The notes: generated by a model from the letters alone, not told the origin. DNA of 51,606 nucleotides from a virus (IMGVR_UViG_3300049136_000115:1-51606); one strand, 5' to 3'; counted from the stretch's first letter, positions 35,828 to 45,072 are shown. A program made the numbers and translations.

Positions 35828-36394
35828 CTACGCCGTGCGGTTCACCGTGAGCAGGTACAGCCGCTGCCCCTCGTACCGGGCCGGCGCCCCCGTCTCCCCG
35901 TCCTCACAGCCGTCGTTGATGCACCACGCCCGCGGCCGATCGTCATCGGCACGGCCGTACACGGTGCGCTCCCCGCACGCCAGGCACAGCGCGTGCCGGA
36001 AGTGCACGGACGGCCCTCGCAGCCCCAGCACCGTGAGCACCGTGCCGTGCCAACGGCCCACGATCCGGGACACCTCCGGCACCTCGTCGGCGGCCTCGGC
36101 GCCGGGCGGGATCGCCTTCAGCGCCCGGTCCCAGCGCTGTGTGTGCAAGGACCGGCGCAGCCGCATGTCCAGGCCGATGGCCTCCACCTTGATGCGCTGC
36201 GACCACGACACGGCCTCCAGCGACGTCGGCGGCCGGGACCCGGGCGGGGCGTGTCCGCCGTCGGCCGGCTGCCGGGTGCGCAGGCCAAGGGTGTCGAGGC
36301 GGTGGATGAGGCCGGGGCCGCCGTCGCCGGGGTGCTGGTCGTCGCCGGTGTAGCGGTCGACGAGGTCGGCGACCAGGGCGTCAAGCGTCTGCAC
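35828..36394 (-). CDS. Hypothetical protein with C-terminal zinc ribbon
   Basis: GGAGG RBS; PPGSRPP, CLAC...CINDGC. Confidence 0.7.
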   Translation of the reverse strand: MQTLDALVADLVDRYTGDDQHPGDGGPGLIHRLDTLGLRTRQPADGGHAPPGSRPPTSLEAVSWSQRIKVEAIGLDMRLRRSLHTQRWDRALKAIPPGAEAADEVPEVSRIVGRWHGTVLTVLGLRGPSVHFRHALCLACGERTVYGRADDDRPRAWCINDGCEDGETGAPARYEGQRLYLLTVNRTA

Positions 36395-36674
36395 GCCGGC
36401 CCTCCAGGACGATGGTGGGCAGCGTCGCCTTGCAGTCGGCGCACTTCCGGCTGGCGACCGGCGTGCCATCACCGAGCCGGAACGGGGTCTCCTCCCACGA
36501 GGCGTGCGCGCACTCCGGGTCCGGCTCGTCTCCGATCTCGAAACCGTGCCAGTTCACGGCGGTCAGGTTCGCGGCGACCTCGGCGACGACGACTTCCGCA
36601 ACGCGCGTACCGACCACGGACGGGGCGCTGTCCGTGGCAAACGTGAGCGTGACGCTGACCTGCTTCTCAGGCAT
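36381..36674 (-). CDS. Hypothetical protein with CAH/CADC motif
   Basis: AAGGAG RBS; coupled to Thg1 stop. Confidence 0.7.
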   Translation of the reverse strand: MPEKQVSVTLTFATDSAPSVVGTRVAEVVVAEVAANLTAVNWHGFEIGDEPDPECAHASWEETPFRLGDGTPVASRKCADCKATLPTIVLEGRRADA

Positions 36675-37482
36675 CAGGGTTCTCCTTGCGGTGGTTCTCG
36701 TTGACGGGGGCAGATCGCAGCATCGGTAGCGTGGGGATGACGTCGGCGAGCCATGAGCCGGGTTCGGTGGTGAAGTGCGGGGCCGCAGCGGTCTCCCACC
36801 ACGAGCGCATCGCGGTGGTGTGGACGGTCTGCTTCGTCCGCTTGTCGACGTATTCGACGGGCCGCTCCCCGGTGCGACGCACGGCGACGCGTCCGCGTTT
36901 GCAGCCGTCCGGGTAGTCGTTCCAGTTCACTCCAGCCTCTGACCACAGCAGCTCTTGCATGCCTCCCGTGGAGACGCCGTGCAGCCGTCGGTGCGAGAAG
37001 TGCGCCTGCGCGGCCATGGAGATGCTGTTGCGTACCGCGTCGCGCTGCCGCCACAGGAAGTAGTTCGCCACCTCCACCGGGTCCGACAGCGTGAACACGC
37101 GCGAGTCGAACAAGGCACGGCCGGGCCGGCGCTCGTTGAGGACGGCGGTGGCGAGCGCCGCTGTAATGCTGAGCTGCTTGGCAACCACGCCACCGAACCA
37201 CGGCTCCGTCTGCTCGCTCGCGAAGTCGATGACGAGGACGCTGACCTCGTCTGACTGGGTGTAGGCAAACACGCTGCCGGTGATCTCCTGGCAGAGGGCC
37301 TCGGCGACGGTGTCCATGTCGGTCATGAACGCCTCGTCGAACGGCTTCTCCGCTCCGCGCAGGTATGAGTGGAAGGCGCGGCCGTCGACCCGGATCACCG
37401 TGTAGGTGCGGCGCGGGAGCACCGCGCGGTAGGCGGCCTCGTGCCGCTTCATCCGGTCGCCGAGCGAGGTGCTGTCGCTCAC
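36667..37482 (-). CDS. thg1: Thg1-like protein (tRNA-His guanylyltransferase / 3'-5' polymerase)
   Basis: LGDRMK, IRVDGRAFHSY, YTQSDEVS, FDSRVF, YFLWRQRDAVRNSI, NWNDYP..KRG. Confidence 0.95.
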   Translation of the reverse strand: MSDSTSLGDRMKRHEAAYRAVLPRRTYTVIRVDGRAFHSYLRGAEKPFDEAFMTDMDTVAEALCQEITGSVFAYTQSDEVSVLVIDFASEQTEPWFGGVVAKQLSITAALATAVLNERRPGRALFDSRVFTLSDPVEVANYFLWRQRDAVRNSISMAAQAHFSHRRLHGVSTGGMQELLWSEAGVNWNDYPDGCKRGRVAVRRTGERPVEYVDKRTKQTVHTTAMRSWWETAAAPHFTTEPGSWLADVIPTLPMLRSAPVNENHRKENPDA

Positions 37483-37841
37483 AGATGCGTCTCCCCTCGT
37501 GCGAGGACGCGCGCGGCTTCCTGCTCGGCGGCCCGTTCGGCGACGTCGTAGCCCAGGTACTTCGTGAGCTGGGCGAGGACGGGCCGGGCGCTCGCGCCGC
37601 CTCGCTTCGCGGCGATGTTCACCAGGTCTAGGAACAGCGCGGTGGGCACGAGCTGGTCGCCGGGCCATTCGACGCGGGCGCCGTGGTAGCCGTTCAGCAG
37701 TTCCTCCAGCGACGTCGCGCCGGTGGCGAACCCGTACTCGGGGTCGTCGATCACGAACACGCGGCCGGAGGGGAACTCGGCGCCGTCGAGGACTTGGCCG
37801 TTGTGGTGCAGGCGGAAGCCGCGGGTGAAAGCGGGTTGCAT
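37479..37841 (-). CDS. Hypothetical protein
   Basis: AAGGAG RBS; LDGAEFPSGRV. Confidence 0.7.
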   Translation of the reverse strand: MQPAFTRGFRLHHNGQVLDGAEFPSGRVFVIDDPEYGFATGATSLEELLNGYHGARVEWPGDQLVPTALFLDLVNIAAKRGGASARPVLAQLTKYLGYDVAERAAEQEAARVLARGETHL

Positions 37842-37858
37842 GGAGTTCTCCTTGGCGG

Positions 37859-38059
37859 TCACTGGCCGCACCTGGGGCAGGGCTGGTCTACGAGGTCGAG
37901 GCAGACGACGCAGGTCAGCTCTTCGTCGTCGTCCGCCCATTCCGAGTCGGTGACGTTCGTGCCGCACAGGGCTCTGTCGGGGTCGCAGTGGCAGACCGAG
38001 TGCGTGAGGTCGTCGGCTGCCTGCTCGGTGGCCGCACGCTCCGGCGCAGGCGCGGTCAC
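37859..38059 (-). CDS. Small Cys-rich protein
   Basis: HSVCHC..ALCG...CVVC...CPRC. Confidence 0.7.
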   Translation of the reverse strand: MTAPAPERAATEQAADDLTHSVCHCDPDRALCGTNVTDSEWADDDEELTCVVCLDLVDQPCPRCGQ

Positions 38060-38370
38060 GACTCGCCCCTGTCACTCACCCAGTCCGCCGGCGGCGGGAG
38101 TTGCAGCAGGGCCGTGCGGTTTTCGGAGGCCGGGAAGTCCTGGTCGTCCGGGTCGACGTACTTGTTGCCGTCCGCGTTGCGCAGGTACGCGGTGTAGCGG
38201 ATGACCAGGCCGAAGGCGCTGTCCTCGATGGCCATCTCCGAGTGCACCGGGACGTCGTCCGGTTTGATGTTGTTGGCCCGCAGCCACGCCTGCACGGCGC
38301 GCATGCCGTCCGGTGTCCGGCACAACCGCTCCCACAGGCCGTGGCAGTCGATGACGAGACGTTCGCTCAC
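38056..38370 (-). CDS. Hypothetical protein
   Basis: AWLRANNIKPDDVP; coupled. Confidence 0.7.
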   Translation of the reverse strand: MSERLVIDCHGLWERLCRTPDGMRAVQAWLRANNIKPDDVPVHSEMAIEDSAFGLVIRYTAYLRNADGNKYVDPDDQDFPASENRTALLQLPPPADWVSDRGES

Positions 38371-38633
38371 GGGCGTGTCACCTCCAGGCGGCGTCGGCCG
38401 CCGCGGTCCTGCTGCGTGGCGACGACGTGGTAGCCGTCGGCCCGCAGCTCAGTGGTGATGGCGGTCAGCTGGTCGGCTTCGCCGGGCCCGTCGTAGAAGA
38501 CGTTGACCTGCCGGGGGCCGGCCTGGGCGACGCGGAAGCCGGGGTCCCAGTCGCCACCCTCGAACTCGCTGAACTCGTGGCCCTGGTCGATGAGGAGCCG
38601 TTCGACCGACGCGGCCCGGATACGGCGCGCCAT
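38367..38633 (-). CDS. Hypothetical protein
   Basis: MARRIRAAS; GGAG RBS. Confidence 0.68.
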   Translation of the reverse strand: MARRIRAASVERLLIDQGHEFSEFEGGDWDPGFRVAQAGPRQVNVFYDGPGEADQLTAITTELRADGYHVVATQQDRGGRRRLEVTRP

Positions 38634-38635
38634 GC

Positions 38636-38935
38636 TCAGGGCTCCCTGTAGTGGACGGCGAAGCCGGGCAGACCCATGCCGAAGTCGGGGTCGGCTGAGG
38701 CCGGGCGCAGCGGGGCGCGCAGCTCGGTCTCGTCGACGCTGCACATCGGTTGCCGGGGCGAGGACCCGGCGGGGACTCCCGTCCAGCGGAAGGGCTCGCC
38801 GCAGTCGTGGCAGTTGACCTTGATGTCGGCGTGGTAGCCGACCACGGTCGGGTCGTTGTCGGACGCAGTGACCCGGTTGACCTCCACGTAGGCGTCAAAG
38901 TTCTCGTGCGGACACGGTCGGTCGGGGTTGACCAC
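38636..38935 (-). CDS. Hypothetical protein with CPH/CHDC zinc motif
   Basis: GGAGG RBS; CPHENF...CHDCGEPFRW. Confidence 0.7.
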   Translation of the reverse strand: MVNPDRPCPHENFDAYVEVNRVTASDNDPTVVGYHADIKVNCHDCGEPFRWTGVPAGSSPRQPMCSVDETELRAPLRPASADPDFGMGLPGFAVHYREP

Positions 38936-38936
38936 G

Positions 38937-40163
38937 TCAGGCCTCCTTCGCGAGCTGGCGGGCGTTGAGCACGTGTCGCACCCACTGGGCGTCGGACTCT
39001 GCGACGTGGGCGCCACCGGATCGGGCGACGTGGATGGTGGTGGCCTCACCGTCGCCGTCGCGGGCCGGGCCGACCCACGCCGACCACGGCTGGCTGCCAC
39101 CGGTCGGGCTCTGGTGGCCATCCGGGCAGTGCGGGCACTCAGCGCGTTTCTGCCGGGCGTCGACCACACGCCCGGCGACCGTGAGGTTCCGGCCGCGGGT
39201 GTCAACGCCGACGTGCTCCAACAGGCTGCGGATGCCGCCGGGTGCATCCGGCTCGGCATCGGGCACGGGGATTCCGGGGCCGCCCTCGCGGATCTCGGGG
39301 TGCTGCTCGCGTATGTGGCCGTCCATCAGGGCGCGCGGGATGAGCGGACAGCCCTCGCAGTAAGGGCACGGATCCCGCACCTCGATCCCGGTCAACGGGC
39401 CCTGGTTCGGCGGCCCCTGGCTGGCGGTGGCCTTACACGCGGTCCGGGCGGACCTCCCTTCAGTGGGAGGAAGCTGACCGACGATGCATCCACCTTCGCC
39501 GGGGTGCTCGTACGCGCAGTGCCCGCACTTCACGCAGGCATGGTCAGGGTTCGAGCAGCTGCTCACCGCCCGGCCGTGCTCCGGCTCGCCATCGCCCGCC
39601 AGAGAAGCGCGCAGGTCGGCCGCCCACGAGGGCTCCGGCCCGGTCCATGGGATGACCGGCTGGGTCGGCGGCTGGGCGGTTCCGATCGGGCTGAACTTGG
39701 TGCCGTCAGCCGTCTCGTGCTCATCGTGCGGCCCGCGCTTGATGCATGGGCCGCCGGAGACGATGCCCGACAGCATCGGCATCAGTCGATGGTCGCACTC
39801 GCCCGCGTCGTCCAGCTCGTCGCGGAGTTCAGCGCCGGCGACCCGCACGAGGAACTGCGATGCCTCATGGGCGGCCTGCCAGCGGTCGGCGAGCAGGTAG
39901 GCCCGGCCTGCTGCGGCGCGCGCCTGCTGGTCGGCCTGGTCGGCCTGGTCGGTCCAGACGACGCGGGTGGCGCCGTCGTGGCCGTGTACCGAGAGCATCA
40001 GGTCGAGGCTGTCCCACACGGCGGTGGAGGGGCGTTCGCGCCAGCGGAGGACGACGCTGCCGTCCGGCCACTGCACGCCGTCGGCCACGTCCCCGGCGCC
40101 GGACACGCCGGTCACGTCGGTGTCACGGCGGAGGACGAACAGGCGGGGTATCGCGGTGCTCAC
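38937..40163 (-). CDS. Mosaic multi-module hypothetical protein (408 aa)
   Basis: N-term FVLRRDTDVTGVSGAGDVADGVQWPDG module plus several Cys/His modules. Confidence 0.72.
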   Translation of the reverse strand: MSTAIPRLFVLRRDTDVTGVSGAGDVADGVQWPDGSVVLRWRERPSTAVWDSLDLMLSVHGHDGATRVVWTDQADQADQQARAAAGRAYLLADRWQAAHEASQFLVRVAGAELRDELDDAGECDHRLMPMLSGIVSGGPCIKRGPHDEHETADGTKFSPIGTAQPPTQPVIPWTGPEPSWAADLRASLAGDGEPEHGRAVSSCSNPDHACVKCGHCAYEHPGEGGCIVGQLPPTEGRSARTACKATASQGPPNQGPLTGIEVRDPCPYCEGCPLIPRALMDGHIREQHPEIREGGPGIPVPDAEPDAPGGIRSLLEHVGVDTRGRNLTVAGRVVDARQKRAECPHCPDGHQSPTGGSQPWSAWVGPARDGDGEATTIHVARSGGAHVAESDAQWVRHVLNARQLAKEA

Positions 40164-40801
40164 GCCTCGGTCACCGCCTCGTAGCCGGCGGCGAGGGAGG
40201 TGTACTTGTCGCGGGTGGCGGTGTATTCCGCGACGTACCTGCGGGTGTCGTCGTCCTCGCCGTGCTGGTCAGCCAGCCCCTTCCAGGTGTCGACGTTTTT
40301 CTGCGCCTGTGCGGCGAGTTCGCGCAGCGCCTGGGCGACAGCGGCCGGGGTCGCCCAGGTGTCGTCGGTGACGATCGGGCTGTCGCCGTACACGCACTCG
40401 CTGATGTAGCTGCGCAGGGCGTTGAGCCGCATGAACGCGCGCCGGTCGTAGAAGGCGGCCTTGTAGAAGACGGCGACGCGGCGGCGGCGCAACTGGTCAA
40501 CGACGTACGACCACATGTGGTGGTCGGAGGCTTCCCGCGTCCAGCCTTCGGGGAGCGTGGCCGGGCGGAACAGCGGGTCGCCAGGATCGGCCTCGCCGAA
40601 GGTGAAGCCGAGGGCCTCGAAGTCCGCCTGGTCGTCGCCGTTCAGGTCTGCGGGCAGCTGCTCGGAGTTGACGACCTGCGCCTGCCCGGCGCGCTCCTGG
40701 TCGTCGATGGCCTGGCCGCTGCCGCCGGGTCCCGTGCTCGCGGCCAGGAACGACAGCGCGTTCGCCGGGTCCTTCATGCTTTCGGTGGTGTTCTCAATCA
40801 T
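40160..40801 (-). CDS. Hypothetical phage protein
   Basis: QERAGQAQVV, ATLPEGW, FYKAAFYDRRA. Confidence 0.78.
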   Translation of the reverse strand: MIENTTESMKDPANALSFLAASTGPGGSGQAIDDQERAGQAQVVNSEQLPADLNGDDQADFEALGFTFGEADPGDPLFRPATLPEGWTREASDHHMWSYVVDQLRRRRVAVFYKAAFYDRRAFMRLNALRSYISECVYGDSPIVTDDTWATPAAVAQALRELAAQAQKNVDTWKGLADQHGEDDDTRRYVAEYTATRDKYTSLAAGYEAVTEA

Positions 40802-41027
40802 CGTGGGAGTCCTTGAAGTCGTCGATGGTGGTGAGGGAAGCGAGTTGGCGGCGGCCGTCTCGCAGGGCGTGGCGCCGCTCTCGGCGGCCGGCCAGCGCCT
40901 CGTGCAGGCGGGCCGCGACGGCGTACAGGGCGAGCGCCAGGAGCACGAAGAGGGCCAGGCCGACGGTGGCGGCGAGGCCTCCGAGGAAGCCGACGGCGAA
41001 GACCTCCCAGGTGGTCAGGGCCGCCAT
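40794..41027 (-). CDS. Small membrane protein
   Basis: Long hydrophobic helix; coupled. Confidence 0.68.
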   Translation of the reverse strand: MAALTTWEVFAVGFLGGLAATVGLALFVLLALALYAVAARLHEALAGRRERRHALRDGRRQLASLTTIDDFKDSHDD

Positions 41028-41275
41028 CAGTCACCACCTCGGCGCTGGCGAGAGTCCAGGTAGGCGGCCCTGAGCGATGCCACGGCGAACAGGCCGGCGA
41101 CGGCGAGCCACACGATGGCGCCGGGCTTGTTGTCCCGGTAGGCCTCGCCCATCGAGCCGGACAGGCAGGCCAGGCACAGCAGGCCGAAGAACCAGCCATC
41201 GGTGAGGTCGAAGCACAGCAGTAGCAGCACGGCCAGGAGCGCGAGCGCGATGCCGGCCAGGTTGAGCGGGGACAT
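41027..41275 (-). CDS. Small 3-TM membrane protein
   Basis: MSPLNLAGIALALL; coupled to WhiB stop. Confidence 0.68.
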   Translation of the reverse strand: MSPLNLAGIALALLAVLLLLCFDLTDGWFFGLLCLACLSGSMGEAYRDNKPGAIVWLAVAGLFAVASLRAAYLDSRQRRGGD

Positions 41276-42102
41276 CAGGATCCCTGGGGTTCGTAGTGGT
41301 CGATGGACGGGACGGTGGTGACGCGGCGGATGCGGCCGGGGGGGATGGCGGCTCGGCCGTCGGCGAGGTCGTCGAGGAGCTGCCGGCGGTTGTGCTCCTC
41401 GTTGGCGATGAGGCCGAGCCGGTCGCGGGCGGTGCGGACGGCCTTCACGCCGATGCCGAGGCGGGCGGCGATCTCGCTGTCGGGGAGGGCTTGGGCCCAC
41501 AGGTCGTAGACGGCGCGGCCGCGTTGGCGGGCACGGCGGGCGGCGCGGTCCTGCGCGTAGGCCCGGCGGCATCCGTCGCAGGCCCGTTCGTCGCGGCGCA
41601 GGTGCCGCCGGTACCCGGCCGGTGAGGGGCACAGGCTGGGCTCCGGTGTGGCAGCCTGCTCGGTCTCCTTGCGGCGCTTCAGCTCCTGGACGTACTCGCG
41701 GTTGGCGGCCTTGCAGGGCTCGCAACGGCACCCAGACCGGTAGCGGGACCGCGTGCCGTGCCGGGCCTGCTTCCGCTTGCGCTGCGAAGTGTCACCGGTG
41801 GTGTCCGGCTCGGGATCGACCGGCGGCTTCTGCACGGTGGGGTCCAGGTCGTAGCGCTCGCTGGGGGTGAGTCCGGCGATGACCGCGTCGTCCCGCGCGT
41901 ACACGCTCATGCCGCGCTCCCGGCCCGTGACCCACGACTGGCAGGCGACGAGGACGGGGCAAGCGAAGCATGTCCGCTTCGCCTCGGCCTCGTCCTCCGC
42001 CTTGAAGAACATGTCCGGGTCGGCGACGTCGCGGCACCGGGCGCGGGCCTGCCAGTCCAGGGGGCGGGCCGCGGTGTCGGGGACGGAGTTGGTGTACGCC
42101 AT
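41275..42102 (-). CDS. whiB: WhiB-family (Wbl) regulator with extra zinc-finger and HTH domains
   Basis: WQARARC...PDMFF...AKRTCFACPVLVACQ...AGLTPSER; HGT..Y..GCRC; C-term DSEIAARLGI. Confidence 0.85.
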   Translation of the reverse strand: MAYTNSVPDTAARPLDWQARARCRDVADPDMFFKAEDEAEAKRTCFACPVLVACQSWVTGRERGMSVYARDDAVIAGLTPSERYDLDPTVQKPPVDPEPDTTGDTSQRKRKQARHGTRSRYRSGCRCEPCKAANREYVQELKRRKETEQAATPEPSLCPSPAGYRRHLRRDERACDGCRRAYAQDRAARRARQRGRAVYDLWAQALPDSEIAARLGIGVKAVRTARDRLGLIANEEHNRRQLLDDLADGRAAIPPGRIRRVTTVPSIDHYEPQGS

Positions 42103-42105
42103 GGC

Positions 42106-42498
42106 TCACCGCGCCGGGTACTCGTCGCCGATGGCCGTGGTGTTCCACACATCCGCGCTGACGCACACCTCGTCGCCGGAGTCGAGCTCCAGCTCCCAGC
42201 ACTCGGGCCGGTGGTCGGCGACCTGGCGGGTGCCGTCTGTGACGGTGCGGCAGTCCTCGTACGTGGACGTGGTCTTGCCGACGCGGCGGCTCTTGGTGGT
42301 GCACTGCTGCCTGGTCTTCGGCTCGGTGCGCCACGTCGTCCGGGCCTCGTCGTGTTCCTTGCCGGTGACCGTGCCCTCCGGGCCGGGGGTGCCGCAGCCG
42401 GCCAGCAGGACGACCGTGGCCGCCGCAGCGACGGCGGCCCTGACTACGCGGCCGCAGATGCACGGGTAGTACCGCTTGCAGCGGGGGCAGACGTTCAC
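42106..42498 (-). CDS. Putative lipoprotein
   Basis: Lipobox LLAGC; ECWELEL...VCVS..W. Confidence 0.7.
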   Translation of the reverse strand: MNVCPRCKRYYPCICGRVVRAAVAAAATVVLLAGCGTPGPEGTVTGKEHDEARTTWRTEPKTRQQCTTKSRRVGKTTSTYEDCRTVTDGTRQVADHRPECWELELDSGDEVCVSADVWNTTAIGDEYPAR

Positions 42499-43238
42499 GG
42501 CAGGAGACCCTTCGCGCGGGCCTGCGGCACCCACTGCCCGAACTCCCGGGTGATGCCGTCGTACAGGTCGCTGTCGGGCACGTTCTTCGGGGAGCGTCCG
42601 GCGTGGAAGTAGCTCGCGTTGTCCAGGAATCGGCCGCGCATCGTGTCGAGCTCGGTGAGGAAGCGCACCTTGGACGGGCCAAACCCGACGAAGGACCAGA
42701 ACACAGGGAGCTTGCTGGACTGCACGAGTTGGAGGCGGACGTCGTCGGGGTCCTGCGGGGCCCCGTCGGTCTGGAAGATGACCAGCGCCGGGTCGGTGGA
42801 CCGGCTGTCGACGTAGTGCTCGATGACGCGGCGCATCGCGATCGTGTACTGGGTGCCGCCCATCGTGAGGTCACCGCCGTGCAGCTGGTGCTGCTGGGCG
42901 AGGACGCCCTGATAGCTGTCCAGGCTGACGTCGACGGTGGGGTACGGCTTGCTGTCGAACATGATCAGCGGAACCACACCGTCGTCGTCGACGGTCACGG
43001 ACAGTCCGAGCGCCTGGTCGGCGAGGTGCTGCACGCTGCCGTTGCCGAAGTACGGGCTCATCGAGTACGAGCGGTCGACGACCAGGTACACGGCCGCGCG
43101 CAGCCCGGACAGGCCGTTCTTCTCCAGCGACACGGTGGCCGTCTTCGCGAGCGAGACCAGCGCCGCGGGCACCTTGTCGAGGCTGATCGCCGGGGTGTGC
43201 GGGGCGGCCGGGGCCGCGTTCTTGTTGCGGTTGAACAT
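42495..43238 (-). CDS. vWA-domain protein (TerF-associated vWA-like)
   Basis: MIDAS VVDRSYSM, GGTQY, FQTDG, FWSFVGFG, LDNA. Confidence 0.85.
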   Translation of the reverse strand: MFNRNKNAAPAAPHTPAISLDKVPAALVSLAKTATVSLEKNGLSGLRAAVYLVVDRSYSMSPYFGNGSVQHLADQALGLSVTVDDDGVVPLIMFDSKPYPTVDVSLDSYQGVLAQQHQLHGGDLTMGGTQYTIAMRRVIEHYVDSRSTDPALVIFQTDGAPQDPDDVRLQLVQSSKLPVFWSFVGFGPSKVRFLTELDTMRGRFLDNASYFHAGRSPKNVPDSDLYDGITREFGQWVPQARAKGLLP

Positions 43239-43309
43239 CGGTTGCTCTTCTCTCTGTTGGGACGCCCGCCGCCCGGCCGGTGGCATCCGGACGGCGGGCG
43301 GGTTTGGGG

Positions 43310-43759
43310 TCAGCTCGGCTGCGTGCCCGGGCTGAGGGCGAACGGCGTCTGACCGAGCGGGACGGGGCGGCTCCCGGTCGGGGGCTTGTCGCCGTGTGGG
43401 GGCAGCGGTCGGACCGCACGGGCATTCGCCAGCTGCGCCTCCAGCGCCCTGTTCGCCTCGCGCAACTGCGTCAGCTCCCGCAATTGCTCTTCGAGTTCGG
43501 CGATCCGCACGCTGGCCTTCTCCAGAGCGGCGGCCTTGTCGTTGCGGTCTGCAGTGACGGCGTCGTACTCGGAGGCGAGGCCGACCAGCTTGCAGCCAAG
43601 GTCTTCGGCTGCCGCCTCGTGGCGGGCGGCTTCGGCCCGGAGCGCTGCTCGCGGCACGACGTGCCGGTGCAGGCCGCGCCCGGCCGGGGCCACAGCGATC
43701 GTGACGGCGGCCGTGCCCACGACGCCGGCGGAAAGGAACACGTACGCGATCACGCTCAC
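43310..43759 (-). CDS. Membrane-anchored coiled-coil protein
   Basis: N-term TM then heptad repeats; coupled GTG. Confidence 0.68.
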   Translation of the reverse strand: MSVIAYVFLSAGVVGTAAVTIAVAPAGRGLHRHVVPRAALRAEAARHEAAAEDLGCKLVGLASEYDAVTADRNDKAAALEKASVRIAELEEQLRELTQLREANRALEAQLANARAVRPLPPHGDKPPTGSRPVPLGQTPFALSPGTQPS

Positions 43760-43995
43760 GCCGCACCGTCCTTCGCTTCGGACGGGCACCACGGGCAGTT
43801 GGCCTTGAGGCAGACGGCGCCACGCTCGATGGACAGCTCGTGGCAGGCCGTCTCGTTCGCGTGCTGGAGGTCGGCCACGCGCTTCTCCAGGGCGCGGCTG
43901 CGGTCCCGCTCGGCGGCCAGCTTCACGCGCAGCCGGTTTGCCTGTGCGTCGCTGAGCCGGGTGCGCCAGCGGCGTATGTAGCTCGGGGCGGTCAT
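43756..43995 (-). CDS. Hypothetical coiled-coil protein
   Basis: MTAPSYIRRW; C-term CLKANCPWC. Confidence 0.65.
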   Translation of the reverse strand: MTAPSYIRRWRTRLSDAQANRLRVKLAAERDRSRALEKRVADLQHANETACHELSIERGAVCLKANCPWCPSEAKDGAA

Positions 43996-44336
43996 GTCGT
44001 TCTCCGGGTGGTGTCGGCCGCCTCGAGGCGGCGGGAGAAGGCGGCGAAGTCCTCGGTGAACCCCGAGGCGATGGACTCGCGGAAGTCGCGTGCAGCGCAC
44101 GCGGCTTCGTCGGCGTAGCGGACCCACAGATCGGCGCCGTCCTGGGTGAGCCGCACGTCGGCGGCGTACCCCCCTGCGGGCCGGTAGGCGGGCAGGCGGT
44201 CGCCGGTGCGGACCTGGAGCGCGGCGGATACGGCGCTCGCTCTGCTGCCGTACGTGCCGGCGAGCACCCACTGGCCGGGCATCTGCCGGGCCTGCTCGGC
44301 GGCGTGCCGGTGGTCGGCGTGCGGGCGTTGCTTCAT
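43992..44336 (-). CDS. Hypothetical protein
   Basis: PGQWVLAGTY...AYRPAGGY..LWVRY. Confidence 0.7.
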   Translation of the reverse strand: MKQRPHADHRHAAEQARQMPGQWVLAGTYGSRASAVSAALQVRTGDRLPAYRPAGGYAADVRLTQDGADLWVRYADEAACAARDFRESIASGFTEDFAAFSRRLEAADTTRRTT

Positions 44337-44743
44337 GCGCGCCTCCCCGCCGTCGGGATGTTCTCGGGGAGCGGGGTGAGCATGCGGATGCCCTCGAACG
44401 GAGCGCGCGAGAGCAGTTCGCCTTGCCCGGGCGGCGTGGGGATCGGCCGCGGGTTCGGGTCGGGGTCGTCCTCGCCGCGGAACTCGGTGCAGCGGTACTG
44501 GTCGGCGATGCCGTACCGGCCGTGCTCGTCGCGCGGCCCGTCCAGGAACTGCGCCGGGGTGCGACCCACGAGGGTGATCAGGACTAGCGGGCAGCCCTGC
44601 GCGTCGTTGCCCTGTCGCGCGGGCTTGTCGTGGATGCACTGGTCGCAATTCGCGGCCATCCACCCGTAGCCCTCGTCGCCGTTGGAGAAGGCCGGACGGT
44701 CGTGGGACTCCGCGAACAGCCGGTCGTAGTCGTCGGGGCTCAC
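44333..44743 (-). CDS. Hypothetical protein
   Basis: AFSNGDEG..WMAANCDQCIHD. Confidence 0.72.
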   Translation of the reverse strand: MSPDDYDRLFAESHDRPAFSNGDEGYGWMAANCDQCIHDKPARQGNDAQGCPLVLITLVGRTPAQFLDGPRDEHGRYGIADQYRCTEFRGEDDPDPNPRPIPTPPGQGELLSRAPFEGIRMLTPLPENIPTAGRRA

Positions 44744-45072
44744 CGGCCATCACCCCGCGGGCCGGAGGGTACCCGGGCGATGTGTTCGCGCAGGATGCCG
44801 GTCTTCACGTCGTAGTCCTGTGCCCGCGCCCAGTTGGCGTGCGGGAAGGCTTCGCGGAGGATCATCGCGGCCTGTTGGTGGAGGCCGCCGTCGTACAGCG
44901 GGACCTCGCGGCCGTGGATGCCGATGACCATGGCGACCCACTTCTTGCCTTCCGGCCAGTTCACCCGCGTGATGCGGACCTCTTTCACGCTGCGCCCCAT
45001 GAGGACGTACAGCTGCTGGTCCAGGGCGGCGCGGGTGGCGGCGGCCGCGTGGTGTTCCTTGGGCGCGGTCAT
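44740..45072 (-). CDS. Hypothetical protein
   Basis: AFPHANWARAQDYDVKTG; coupled. Confidence 0.7.
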   Translation of the reverse strand: MTAPKEHHAAAATRAALDQQLYVLMGRSVKEVRITRVNWPEGKKWVAMVIGIHGREVPLYDGGLHQQAAMILREAFPHANWARAQDYDVKTGILREHIARVPSGPRGDGR

